A DNA stretch of 64,000 bases, from the NCBI GenBank assembly GCA_043228905.1, contig JBHGNT010000006.1, positions 10,540,001 to 10,604,000 of the forward strand, read 5' to 3'. Numbering within the stretch: position 1 is the stretch's first letter; each line of letters begins with the position of its first letter. A program made the position numbers and the translations under genes. Source of the DNA: Azolla caroliniana. Its lineage: Eukaryota > Plantae > Polypodiophyta. Under the pieces are notes generated by a model. It worked only from the letters and a program-made list of their open reading frames with translations. It was not told where the DNA came from and searched no databases. Below are positions 1-11,665 of this stretch, piece by piece.

Positions 1-502
1 GTGAATGTTGTACCTAAACCCCGTAACGACTCGGATAACGGTCTCGGCAGGACGTTGTGACCTCAACTCTCCTTCACACCACAATACCTTGATCCGATTA
101 CTCAGGAGGGGTAATCGAAGGTGTTTTCTCCAGGAAGGAGTAACACATATTTTAACTCCCCTTTTGCATATACTTATAGGTAAGTTTGTTGTGCTTATAG
201 TATGTGTTTATATAACTATGTGTGTACAGATCTGATTGTTGTAAGCTTATTGCGCTTATAATATTAGAAATGTTTTGCCACCCATCCTTCTCCAAAAAAG
301 AGAAGATTGTATTTAGTGTGGTATCACGTATTCTCTCTTATGTGCATTAATGAAGGTGTCTTACAATGTATATTTCCCAAGAAGAGATTACATTTAAGTG
401 TGGTAACTGAAGATTTATGTGCATTAAGGTCTCTCCAATAAATGTATAATATATATCTATATTTAATTTTAAGGTTCTCCTAATTTCCATGTTCTTGTTC
501 AG

Positions 503-1811
503 TTATGGGATTACAAGGGTTCTCGAGGATGGTGACGTTATGGAGAAGGCGGCAGCAAATATATCTATCATTCGTGGATGTTTAACTGAAGCAAGAGCCA
601 AGGTAGGTGAATATTTCCATGCTAATTCAATTTTCTTTCATCTTTGAAACTGTCATAATGAAAAACTGGTCAAGAAGATATAGATTTTCCATTCGTCATG
701 GTTTTAGAATATTTTGACTCTTGTCCGACAAACTCAATGGTCCTTGTCCACATGTCATCATTTCATTTGTCCATTTCTTAATGACATCATGTGAGAAGGC
801 AATTAGTGCCCGGGGTCGGAACATTGAAGCTGGTTCAGAATATTTTGCTGGTGCACTTTCTTTGGTTTTTCATCCTAAACATCCATACATCCCAACATTT
901 CGAGCTGATGTGCGGTATTTCGAGGTAAATATAGGTTGGCTTGCTCTTTATTTCAGTTGATCTGATTATCCTTCTGTAAGATGTATGATTGATTATAAGG
1001 TCCATATGTTAAAAGGTTGGGGGACTTGGGTGGTTTGGCGGTGGGGCTGATTTGACACCTAATTGTAAGAGCCTGAGAAAGTACATGTTTAATGGATTTT
1101 CCCTTTAAAATACAAAAAAATGCTATTATGTTATGTGAGATTTTTTGTGTCTAAATTTCTAACATAAATAGATTGTTATAGATCTAGACATTGGTGATGC
1201 GTGCCAGTTCCATGGATTTTTGAAGCGGCTATGTGATAGATATGACTCCACTCTGTACACATCTGCAAAGAACACATGTGATTCCTACTTTTACCTTCCA
1301 TCACGAAGAGAACATCGAGGCATCGGAGGCATTTTCTTTGATGATCTCGAGTATTTGAACCCACAACCAGAATCAACAATATCAGGGCAAGACTCTTCTA
1401 CAAGGAAGTCAACAGTATTCAAGTTTGTAGCCGACCTTGGACAAGGGTTTTTACCAAGCTATTTGCCCATTATTGAGAAAAATAGGACCTTGCCATACAC
1501 TGAAAGAGAGAGGCAATGGCAGTTGCTTCGTCGAGGGCGCTACCTTGAATTCAATTTGCTGTATGATCGAGGGGTTAAGTTTGGCCTTGATGGTGGCCGT
1601 ATCGAGTCTATTATGGTATCAGGTGTGAGTTTTCATTATTTGTTTTGTCGAAATGGTTATGTAGTTTTTCTAGGTGAGTACTAAAAATTGTCACCTTGTT
1701 GGGGATGCAGCTCCCCCCATGATTGCTTGGAAATACAACGTTATACCAGAAAATGGTTCTCCAGAGGCTGAAATGCTTGAGGTTCTTCAAAACCCTCGTG
1801 CATGGACATAA
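503..1811 (+). CDS. HEMF: Coproporphyrinogen III oxidase (oxygen-dependent, HemF/CPOX family), 3' five coding exons: 503-602, 799-924, 1016-1064, 1182-1622, 1711-1811; 5' exons not resolved
   Basis: GT-AG introns with consistent phases join YGITRVLEDGDVMEKAAANISIIRG / YFAGALSLVFHPKHPYIPTFRADVRYFE / WFGGGADLTPNY / CDSYFYLPSRREHRGIGGIFFDDL...WQLLRRGRYLEFNLLYDRGVKFGL..GRIESIMVSAPP..WKY...NPRAWT-TAA, all hallmark CPOX motifs. Confidence 0.95.
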
Positions 1812-3124
1812 CCTTTAAAGAAAATGTATTATTTGGAGCTATAAGTGAATGATTTGGGGTCCATAGCCTCTTTTTGAAAAAGCTCAAATGTTTTTGCAAA
1901 ATTGTCCTAGCAGTCTCAAAGCACAACGATATTCATTGTACATGAATGTTTCACTATAAGTAAAATACATTCTTAGAGTGGATATTGCTTGCGTATACAA
2001 ATTCTCGATCATCGCCACTTTAAAGAGCGCAAACAAACATTATTATGGAAGAAAGTTCCGATCCAGAAGCTTGCAATGTCGCTAAGCCATCTCCTCTTTA
2101 AATAACATAGATACGCATGATTATGTGAAGATGGCAATACCCAAAATCTTGCAACAACTCTAGCGCACATTTGATAGCATGTGTAAGATATTAGCTACAT
2201 CTATGATTAAACGATAAAGCTAATAGATGTAGCTGATATCATGACAAAGTTACTTCTATGCATAATATATAAAGAAGATTTTGTAATTAGCAACAATATG
2301 GCTGTTGGCCTTTTCAAATATGGATAGAATTCATTAAAGCTATATTCTTGTTTCTATTTTACAAGTCAAAACTCACATCTCCTTAGTATCACATTTGCAA
2401 CTCATGCTTGGTCCCTCTATTTGAGATTTATGGAGTTCAGAATGCCATTGATATTATTGTTCAAAGTTTGATGTGTATTATTGTGCAGAGTTGAAGGAAG
2501 ACTGGTTCAAATTACATTTGCTCCTTCATGGTAACCACTTATCCAATGAGTACATAATGCATTTTTAGTAGTGGGTAGCAACTCCATTTTTAACACGTTT
2601 TATAAATTTAAGTTGAAGTTCTTAATATGTATTTTAATTAGTGACAATATCCAATTTATCCAATGCTAGTAATCATAGATGATATTATTTGCATCTCTCA
2701 AATGTTGTTTAGTATTATAACACATTATTCATCAAGACAAATTTTCAATCACTTCATCATCATGAGTATAGCTTTGAAGCTTTTACAATCCTATACAAGG
2801 CTTTTCTTTCTCACTTTGAAACAATGTCATCTCTTGTGGTAATAAGAAGCCATGTATTGTGGCAGTTTTAAGTGTAGAGCTTGAGTATGAGTGTTGGCGT
2901 ATGGTCGTCAAGATGAAGATTCGTAGCACACAACTATGAATGAGTAAGACGACAAGATGATGAATGTAAGACAAGGATGAACAGAAAGATTAACAAAGGA
3001 AAGTCGAGATCACACAAGAGAGAGAGAGAGAGACCGAGAGTAATAGAGCTAGATCCTAATGTAAGCATGAGATAAGGATATATATTAGATAGAAAAGAAA
3101 GGAAAGAAAGAAAGATATATTAAC

Positions 3125-3576
3125 GTCTTTTTAAGGCCAACATTGGCCCATGAGACTGTTGGTTTACAACAAAATGGGTATTTGTCCAATCCTCAGAACT
3201 AAATAAAATAAAGTAAAAATAGAACTTAAACTAAAAGAGTTGTAGTGTGCAAAACGTGGTATACTCGATAAAAGGAAGTGACTTTGCACTATGCCTAATT
3301 TCATTTACACCCAAGCCTCTCGAAAAGAAGTGGGAGGTCAAAGGGTTTTGGTCTTTTTAAGGCCAACATTGGCCCATGAGACTGTTGGTTTACAACAAAA
3401 TGGGTATTTGTCCAATCCTCAGAACTAAATAAAATAAAGTAAAAATAGAACTTAAACTAAAAGAGTTGTAGTGTACAAAACGTGGTATACTCGATAAAAG
3501 GAAGTGACTTTGCACTACGCCTAATTTCATTTACACCCAAGCCTCTCGAAAAGAAGTGGGAGGTCAAAGGGTTTTG
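3125..3576. repeat. Near-perfect 226-bp tandem duplication
   Basis: GTCTTTTTAAGGCCAACATTGG starts at 3125 and 3351; the copies differ by a few substitutions. Confidence 0.92.
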
Positions 3577-3899
3577 GTGTGGGTGTGACCCATGGTCTCA
3601 GTGTATAGAATGCCCCAGCCATGGCTTTTAGGCGGTGTAGCTCACGTTCCCTTATTTTCTTTATTGCTTCTACACCACATCGAGTTGCTTTGAAACCTAG
3701 CATGTGAGGGCGTTTGGTTCTTCTTTGGTTTTCTGCTTCATCAAGGAAAAGGCTGAGTGGTGCAGGTATATCGACATTCGTTGTCTCCCCCTATTCCCGA
3801 AAAACTTCATTTCTTACATGTTGGTGAACATTAGCAACATTATTGTCAGCATTTTGTAACTTATTCTCTCTGTGGTGTTTTAGCTCTAGGATATATCTG

Positions 3900-4250
3900 C
3901 CTAATTTCTTTAATTTGTTTGGGGAAGGTAGGAGAGGAACCAAGTATGTCTTGGTATTTTGCCCTTAGCTTGGCGTAGGTGGGACCCTTGCATGTAAAGT
4001 GGTACTCATCCTCTTATCTCTATGTGGCATAACCTACATATCCTTTCCTCCCTACAGACTCCATTAGTGCGACCATTCTCAATCTCAAGTTGGTGAGATG
4101 ATAGTCTAAGTTGTCCAATGGCAACCCTTAGTGCATGTGGTAAGAATACATCTAGATATTTTGGCCGCGTAATAAAACCTAACTTAGAGAAGTGCATGAA
4201 GTGTTCCTTATAGTACAACATTTTAGATGGGAGTGGCTCTAGTGGGGTGC
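3900..4250 (-). mobile_element. Degenerate non-LTR retrotransposon (LINE) ORF2 C-terminal fragment
   Basis: IGQLRLSSHQLEIENGR...REERICRLCHIEI then, after a 1-nt frameshift, EDEYHFTCKGPTYAKLRAKY: the typical C-terminal Cys/His knuckle region of LINE ORF2. Confidence 0.75.
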
Positions 4251-5055
4251 TGATCCACTCGACCACCCCTGAACGAAGGTATCGAGATTGACTTGAGCCT
4301 TGATCGGCGTCCCATACCACCGCTGTGGCGTCGAGTTGTACCTAGTACTGGCGCACTCGCTACAAGAGTTTGATCACCACGAGTTTAGAGTCTGGATGTA
4401 GTCAAGAGTTGTCAAATGAGGGTAGCTAGGCCACATATTTATAGCCAGACCTAAGGCCCCAAGCAAGTTCACAATTGACCTTAATGGGTTGTCTCAATCC
4501 CAAATATTTAAAGTAATCCTTCCCTTCTTTATACTCTCGTTTAATCCTCACACTTTATCCACGTGTATAAAATACTACGGTACAATCTTACCACGAGATA
4601 TTATATGATCATGCCCGTAACATACTCCCCCTTTCTTTAAAACATTGCATTCTTGCAATGAAAAGTTAGGGAAGTTAGTTTTAAGAGTGTTTTCTCATTC
4701 CCATATAGCATCTTGTATAGACTTATCCATCCATTTAATTTTAAATTCTCGGATTATTTTACAATGCAAATTTTTCGTTTTAACATCAAGAATTCTTTTT
4801 GGTACATGTGGTTTAAAAGCTAATTCTTCAGAAGTAACCATAGTTTTAGTTGTCACTATATTGTCACTAGAACTAAGAAATTCTTTTAGACGACTTACAT
4901 GAAAAATTGGATGGATTTCAACGCCGTCAAGTAGAGCAAGACGATAGGTTGATGAACCAATGCGTTTGAAGACTATAAAAGGTCCACAAAACCGTGGGGC
5001 TAACTTAACACACATAGCCAATGTCTTAGAATTGTGAGGTACACATAAAAATACT
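4251..5055 (-). mobile_element. Chromovirus (Ty3/gypsy) 3' end: integrase GPF region + chromodomain, PPT, 3' LTR (~4251-4622)
   Basis: KLAPRFCGPF...IHPIFHVSRLK...ILDVKTK...EFKIKW...DAIWE; on minus the PPT AAAGAAAGGGGGAGTA is followed by TGTTACGGG at 4622; TATAAATA inside the LTR. Confidence 0.85.
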
Positions 5056-7457
5056 GTTCAGAATCAAGCTCAACATAGTGCAACGTGTGAACATAGCTTT
5101 TGAGAATCTATGATTACTCAAAGGTCAAGAGTTACACCACTACTCTCTACACATTAACTATGTGCCATAGAATCATATTCTATGACACATAACTAATGAG
5201 TTACATATTCCCCATGACTATGAGTCTTCACATTCCCCAAGAGAGAGTAGTTGTTGTAGTTAGTTAATGAAGAGAGAGGGTGACTATATATAAAGCTCAC
5301 CCTTTTCCAACTTCAAAAAAAGTTGGTTGTGACTCCTTGTAATGCTACAGTTTGTATTTGCTATTCTACATGTGAATATACATCTTCTTCTAGCCCATCC
5401 GTGTGTGTTGTGTTCTACGCCGACGTTCGAGAAGAATTAGTCCATCACTATTGTAGTGCGACTACATAGCTCATATTCGAGAGAGAAGGAAAAGAAATGA
5501 AGGAAGAAATCTTAATCGAAAATGAATACTCAAATGATGAGCGCTCTCCCTAGTGAGAAGCTAGATTGAAACAACTTTGCATCTTGGAAGTACAAGATGC
5601 ACCAATACCTTGTCGCCCAAGGCTATTGGGGTGACATCAAAGGAGCACAAGAAAACCAACCCGACTTGAAAGATGCCAACTATGCAACATGGGAGCAAGC
5701 GGCTGGCCGAGTGATGTATTGCTTGGCGATATGTGTTCACGACCACATTCTCGGCTGCATTCGAGAAGCCGAGACGCAAAAGGAAGCGTGGGAGAATCTA
5801 CGAAAGATTTTCGCCGCCAACATAATCGCGAGAAAGCTTCAACTCTACCAAGAGTTGAACAACATCCAACAAAGGGATATGTCCATCACGAGCTACACCT
5901 TGAAGATCAAGGAGCTTTGTGACTCGCTCGGCTCGATCATCGTCATTGTGGACGATGATGAGATGGTGCAAATATGCCTCGGTGGCCTTGCACCATGGTT
6001 TGGTGTGATGAGGACCGCCGTATTAGCACATGAGAATCCGCCCTCCTTCGACCTTCAATCCATGTTGTTGGTCGAAGAAAACCATGTTCAAACAAGGAGC
6101 AATGCCTTAGACATCCACATGCTTTACTCACACTCGGACGGAGGAAGAGGATGCAACCGTGCAAGAAGAGGCCGATTCGGCCAAGGACGAGGCGGGCGAG
6201 GCCAAACTTACAAAAACAAATTGCAATTTCGGCATCAAGACGGAAACCATCGAGGAACCTTCGGAAGAAGGGGGAGCTTCCATTTTGGTCCGAGCTGACA
6301 AAACTCGATCGAATGCGGATATTGCGGAAAAATCGATCACCACGAAGAAGAGTGCCATAAGAAGATATTCGAGTCGGCTTCCACAAGCCGACAACTCACC
6401 AATTACGCCACCAACTCCGACTATGATGATCATGGCGAAATGTTTGTGATGAGACATAGAGCAAATTCTATGTCGGCTTCTACTTCGAATAGCGCATCTA
6501 GTCCGAAAGATGTATGGTTTGTCAACTCTGGTGCCTCGAACCATATGACGTCTCATCAAGAATGGTTCCGAGAACTTCGAGAGCCGGACTAATCGGGCTA
6601 TGTCGAAACCGGAGATGACACAACGCATCTGATTCGACACATCGGCAATGTCCCATTCGGCAAAGAAGGTAACCAAACTTTTATTAAGAATGTCTTGCAT
6701 GTACCAACCATTACGAAAAATTTGGTCTCTGTCAGCCAAATTATTGAGCAAGGGATGCAAGTACGATTTAATAAAGGCGTTTGCTTCATAGGAAAAGAGG
6801 GCTGACTCATTGGTCGCGGACGAAGAGAGGGTCAAATGTTCATTCTTGACTCGCACGAGATGAAATCAGCCATGTTCGCAAAGGGCACGAAAGCTGATTC
6901 CGACATAGAGTTATGGCACAAGAGGATTGGCCATATCAACCTCCAAAAGCTCAAGGCAATGCAATTGAAAGGAGTCGCCATCGGGCTCCCGACATTCAAG
7001 GAGAAAGAGATTGAAGGCTGGTGTGCTTCTTGCCAATTCGGCAAGCAACATCGACATCCATTTTCGAAAGAGCAGAACGTGAGCAAAGGCGTACTCGACG
7101 TAATTCATTGCGATGTATGTGGTTTGGCTTAGACGGCCTTCATCGACGACTTCTCCAGGCACTCCTGGATCTACCCCATGCGGCAAAAGTGCGAAGTGTT
7201 TGGACACATCCAAAAATTTAAGAAAGAAGTTGAGAAAGCCACGGACCGACATGTACGATGTCTTTGGTTGAATGGAGGCAAGGAGTACTTCTCTGACGAA
7301 TTTTTGACTTTTCTACGGAAAGAAGGAATTCGACGACAGTTTTCGTGTCGACATACGCCACAACAAAATGGAGTCACCCGAACGAAAGAATCGGCACATC
7401 CTCAAAGTAGCATGGGCCATGATGAACGAAAAGCACCTGCCGAAGTGGCAAACACAA
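5056..7457 (+). mobile_element. Copia element A, 5' part (LTR-like start, gag-protease-GAG_pre-integrase-integrase core), pseudogenised and truncated by element B
   Basis: Start TGTTCAGAATCAAGCTCAACA resembles the LTR starts of F/L/M; gag from 5522 (MNTQMMSALPSEKLD*..SWKYKMHQYL), WFVNSGASNHMT protease, LWHKRIGH..CASCQFGKQHR, TPQQNGV. No intact PBS seen. Confidence 0.88.
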
Positions 7458-8042
7458 TGTCGCGTAACCATGCGTAACCATGCATATGCGTGAGAAATGA
7501 AGGCGGGACCGCAGGGGTCCTGGACCAAAGAGCGTGAGAAGAAGAGGGAGAGAAACAATGAAAGCGTGTTGTGCAAGACGTTGGGTGCCGCGAACACAGA
7601 GCTCGTCCGGCTCGGACGAAACTAGAGCGATGTGAGAGACAATTAGAAGAGAAAAAGAGAACCACAATCGATTAAGAAAACAGGTTACAACCGGCACGCC
7701 GGTAGCTGAGCCACGACTCAGCCAACAACACACACACCCCAACTTCGAGATACAATGTGGAGCCTCTATTGGGAGAACACGAGCTTCTTGCACGAACAAA
7801 GGCGTCCGGTAAAGAGCTCCTGCAGAGAATGAAAACCAGATTAGCGCTCAGTTCCTAGTCCGACCGCACTTCGTTCTCCTAAATCCCGCAAAAAAAATAA
7901 AAAAATCTAACTCAATCCTCACTCCCTCCTTTTATAGACCAAGGAGAGAGAGGGGGGTGTTACATCAAGTAGTTATTCTCTGCCGTTTCGGACAAAGATT
8001 CACCTAGATTTATTCGTCCTATTAAAGTTTCCTACGTCACGC
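7458..8042 (-). repeat. Element B 3' LTR, R-U5 part (continues at 19167-19287 after insertion C)
   Basis: Aligns with 26775-27347; the sequence GTCACGC|CAACCTAGCC is contiguous in the 5' LTR. Confidence 0.9.
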
Positions 8043-8694
8043 TATCGTAGTGTGAATTGCACACTACGTGAAATATGTAAAACACTATATCCGATTTACA
8101 GTACGTATAATAAATAAAAAATAAAATATTAAAAATATTTATTACGTGCATAGGGCAGGATTAGACCCTGTACCTCCACGTAGACAAACCTTAGCCTTAC
8201 CACTATACTAGCATACTATGAATCTTAAAAGTTATACTAAATTTTATCCCATGTAAATATTCTAGATATGCATGGTACAAAAAGTTATTCATGCATACAC
8301 ACTTGAGTTAAAAGAAAAGATGGGATAGAAAGCTAATCATGCACATGGAGTGTGCATGAAAACTTAAGTTAGGAAAAGCAAGATGCTTGCATGTGATAAA
8401 CTTAGACTCTTCCAACACTATATAAGGAAGAGAGAAAGACGTATAGGGGTTGTTGATTTTTTTTAGAAGGATTGATTCATACAAAATATTCGTGGGATTC
8501 ACGATTTTACCATCAAATTCTCTCTTACAATCTAATTACCCATTAATTATACTCGTGGGATTCACGAGTTTCATATCTTCTTCTTACAATCTCTTCCTAA
8601 CTAACATTATCTCACATTCTTCTTTCTCCTAGTCCAAAACCCCAGCGGTTCCCACCCGACTCACGCAAACGATCTGGCGCCGAAAGGCACAACA
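8043..8694 (+). repeat. Element C 5' LTR
   Basis: T(A)TCGTAGTG...GGCACAACA; homologous to 17553-19162; TATA CTATATAAGG near 8418. Confidence 0.93.
8146..8216 (-). ncRNA. tRNA-like / Pol III A-B box module in U3 of the C LTR (degenerate)
   Basis: Minus strand TAGTATAGTGGTAAGG...GAGGTACAGGGTCTAATCC; the 3' LTR copy reads GGGGTCGAATC; tRNA-like box spacing. Confidence 0.5.
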
Positions 8695-9302
8695 CAATTG
8701 GTGAACCCAACGTGAACACGTGTGGCAAGAAGATGGAAAATCAACCAGAGGCTAACAACATGATGATGATGTTCGAGCGGATGCTTCAAGAACCACGTGC
8801 GATGTCAGAGATAACGGCAGTAGTAGAGTGGCTCGTGCAATGGATTGCGCAATTCAACGGAAAGGACATATCACGCTATCTTCAAGACTACAAGGTGGAA
8901 ATGATACGGTGCGGGATTTCGGAAGGACTGCAAGTGACATCCTTCAACCGGGTAGCTACCGACGGGCTTCAAGCAAGTATCCATGGGCTACAACAACAAA
9001 ATCCAACGTGGGACGCGTTTGAAGAGGCGCTAAAGACCACGTTCGCTATCGAGGACTCCTCCAAGGCAACGTGGAGAGGATTCGAGGATTGGGTGGAAAC
9101 GCCGGACAAGGGGATGAAGGTCCTCGATGTGTTTCTAGAGGACACGACTACCGAGAATGGCCCCACCAAAACATGGGAAAGCGTGCAGGATATCGTCACA
9201 CGATACACAAAGAGGGGGCGATGGCTTGCCAACGAATGTTAATCGTTAGGGCCGGACAATAGCCTGAAACAGGGTGTCTCCGGAAGACATTTCACCAAAG
9301 GG

Positions 9303-11665
9303 TGTTATGGCGAGATAACTTAAGACACAACGATTACTTCGACTTAATTAGCTACTTAGCAATAAGGCATACACTTAATACACGCGTAAGATATAACAAT
9401 TAATTAAGAACGGTAATCAATACATGAAGATAAAACAAGAAGCTTATATTAATTCTTCGTTAAAGTTATACATTGTAACCGGGCCTTTATATAGGTCACC
9501 GGCACCTGTTCGGAATCGGTCTGGATCCGGATCGGCATACCGATTCCGGTCCGTCCGTTCACTACATAATTTTAACCTAATCTACTTAATTAAATATATT
9601 CCAAATAACTATCCCTTTCACATTCTGGTCTCTGCTCCTTTGCCGGCCGGGTAACACATGGCACGCCCGTGGGACAGTACCTTGTACGTCGAATCCCACT
9701 ATCCGGCCCTTAGCCTTCGTCCAAGATGTCCAGAATATTCTGCTCGAGGGTATCCAATGGTTGTTCGAAATTCGGTTGTTGCTGTTGTTGCTGTTGTGGC
9801 TGCTATTGCTGTTGCGGTTCTAGCTGCTGTTGCTGCAGTGGCGGTGGCTCCTCAGACTGTTTCTCCTGAGCGGGCGTCAGTTCGGCTCCCGGTACCGGTG
9901 GTTGTGGCGGTGATTCCTCCGTTAGCTGCTCCGCCAGATTTGACTCCGGTTGACTCGTCTCGGCCTTGTCTCCATCCGGTCCTTGCTCCGGTGATGGCTC
10001 CTCATCACTGAGGTTGATGGTCGCCGCTTGCTTTGTTTCTACTCTCCGTAGCCTGGTCCGCTCATAGCTCTCAAACTGGATTTGAGCATCCAGTTGATCA
10101 TCATCTAGCTGGGCTACAAGTTGCCGAACCACTGCTGCCTGCTCCTCCGCCAGAGTTATAAAATCTTCGGCTAACTCCTCTCTGATGGCGGTGAAGTCTT
10201 CCTTTTAGCATGTAGTAGTCATCACCATCCTTCTGCCAGTTTTCTGCGTCTGCCCGTAGCAACTGGAGCTCGGCTGTGTGCTTTGCCCATTTGTCCCACC
10301 ATTGCACAGAGCTTTCGTCAATCAAGCATTTGGTCTTATTCCTCCATGCTTGGACAATGAACTGGATCCGCTCCAATCCCATCTTTGATTTGTCCTCCGG
10401 GGCTTGCCGTTCGTCCTTCAACTGCTTGATGAGTGCCACCGTATCCACCTCCTGCTCCCGGTAATGTGACCGTTGGGTTTGATAAGTGTTCTGCAGCCTT
10501 TGCAAGATCATCGTCACTCTTTCCGTCTCTTCATAATGTTGCTTATGCAGCTCCATCCGTTCTTGCGCGGCTTCCTCCAGTAGCGTGGTTCTTTCAGCTC
10601 GTTCCTTTGCCAGCGCCGTCTCAACCCGATGTACCTCCTACCAGAGCTCTCCATCTTCTCCTGCTGTTTCTTATGCTCCGTATCCAGGTGCTTGTAGTCC
10701 CGGTGCAGGTGCTCAAAATCTTCGGTTTTCTGCTTCAACTTTTGGTTGAGTTGCCGGAGAGCACAGTCTTCCCGGTCCTTTTGCTGACGGAGTTCTACTT
10801 TCAGCCTTTCGATCTCTGTTTCCGCCATCCGTCGCATCTTCTCCTTTTCTTGCAGCGCCTTCTCTTTCTCCTCCTTCAGCCGGTCGTAGGCCTGATGTCC
10901 TTTCCACAGATTCTCTTCTACCCAACAGAGGTTCTCAGGGACTATTTCCGTCTCCGGGGTCTTATTGCTATGTACAGGTGCTGATGCTTCTTTAGTCTGT
11001 ACATCGACCGGGGTCACTGGTGCTTGGAGCTGTGGTCCGGTTAAGGCCATTTTTGCCAATTCTTCTATGGCCAGGTCCAAGTCTTGTTCTAGGCTCCGGA
11101 TCCTTGACCGGGCTGTGTCTAGTTCTTCGGTTGTGACGAGCAACCTGTCCATCTGCGCTTTCTCTTCCGCCTCTATGTAGTGTACCAGTCCGGCAATCTG
11201 TTTGACACTCCATTCCGGCAGTCACTGTCCGACCACTATTCAGCCGCCTCCATCTCTGGCCATTTTAGTCGGCTGTTGCTTCGACCGCTCCTGTTTTGGC
11301 CGCTTGTCCGACTGCTCTGACTGTTGTTCAGCTACTATCCGGCCACTCCAACCACTCCGATTGTTGTCCAGCTGCTCTTCAACAGTTGTCCATCCATTCC
11401 GGCCGCTCTTCAGCTGTTATCTAGCCATTCCGACCGCTCTTCGGCCACTTTGGCCGCTCCGGTTGCTCTTGTCCGATCACTCTCCAGCCTATACGACCAC
11501 TCGAACTGTTGTTCGACCGTCTCCATCTTCGTCGTTGTCTGGCGTCGTCCAGTCTGGCCGCCTTTGTTCAGCCACTACGACTGCTCTTCAATCGCTCTCC
11601 GGCCGGCGTTTCTCTCGCCGCCAACGTTCTCTCTGTGGTTCAATTTTCTGGACCGGTGGACCGGT
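9303..11665 (+). mobile_element. Element G1: LTR (9303-9656) + tRNA-Arg-type PBS + antisense coiled-coil ORF; 3' part lost
   Basis: TGTTA...TAACA termini; TGGCACGCCCGTGGGAC at 9659 matches the tRNA-Arg primer sites of Tat-type gypsy elements apart from one missing base. Confidence 0.7.
9803..11225 (-). pseudogene. Frameshifted retroelement accessory ORF, E/K/Q/R-rich coiled-coil protein with P/Q/E-rich tail
   Basis: ORFs 10514-11152, 10101-10556 and 9803-10132 overlap end to end and share the same composition. Confidence 0.65.

Noticed and set aside
1-502. Possible further CPOX exon or 76-aa ORF at 5-235
   Set aside because: No recognisable CPOX motif and no stop-free, phase-compatible exon found; treated as intron or unresolved.
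10433-10984. Leu/Phe-rich plus-strand ORF resembling an env or membrane protein
   Set aside because: It is the reverse complement of the E/K/Q-rich coiled-coil ORF, which explains its hydrophobicity.
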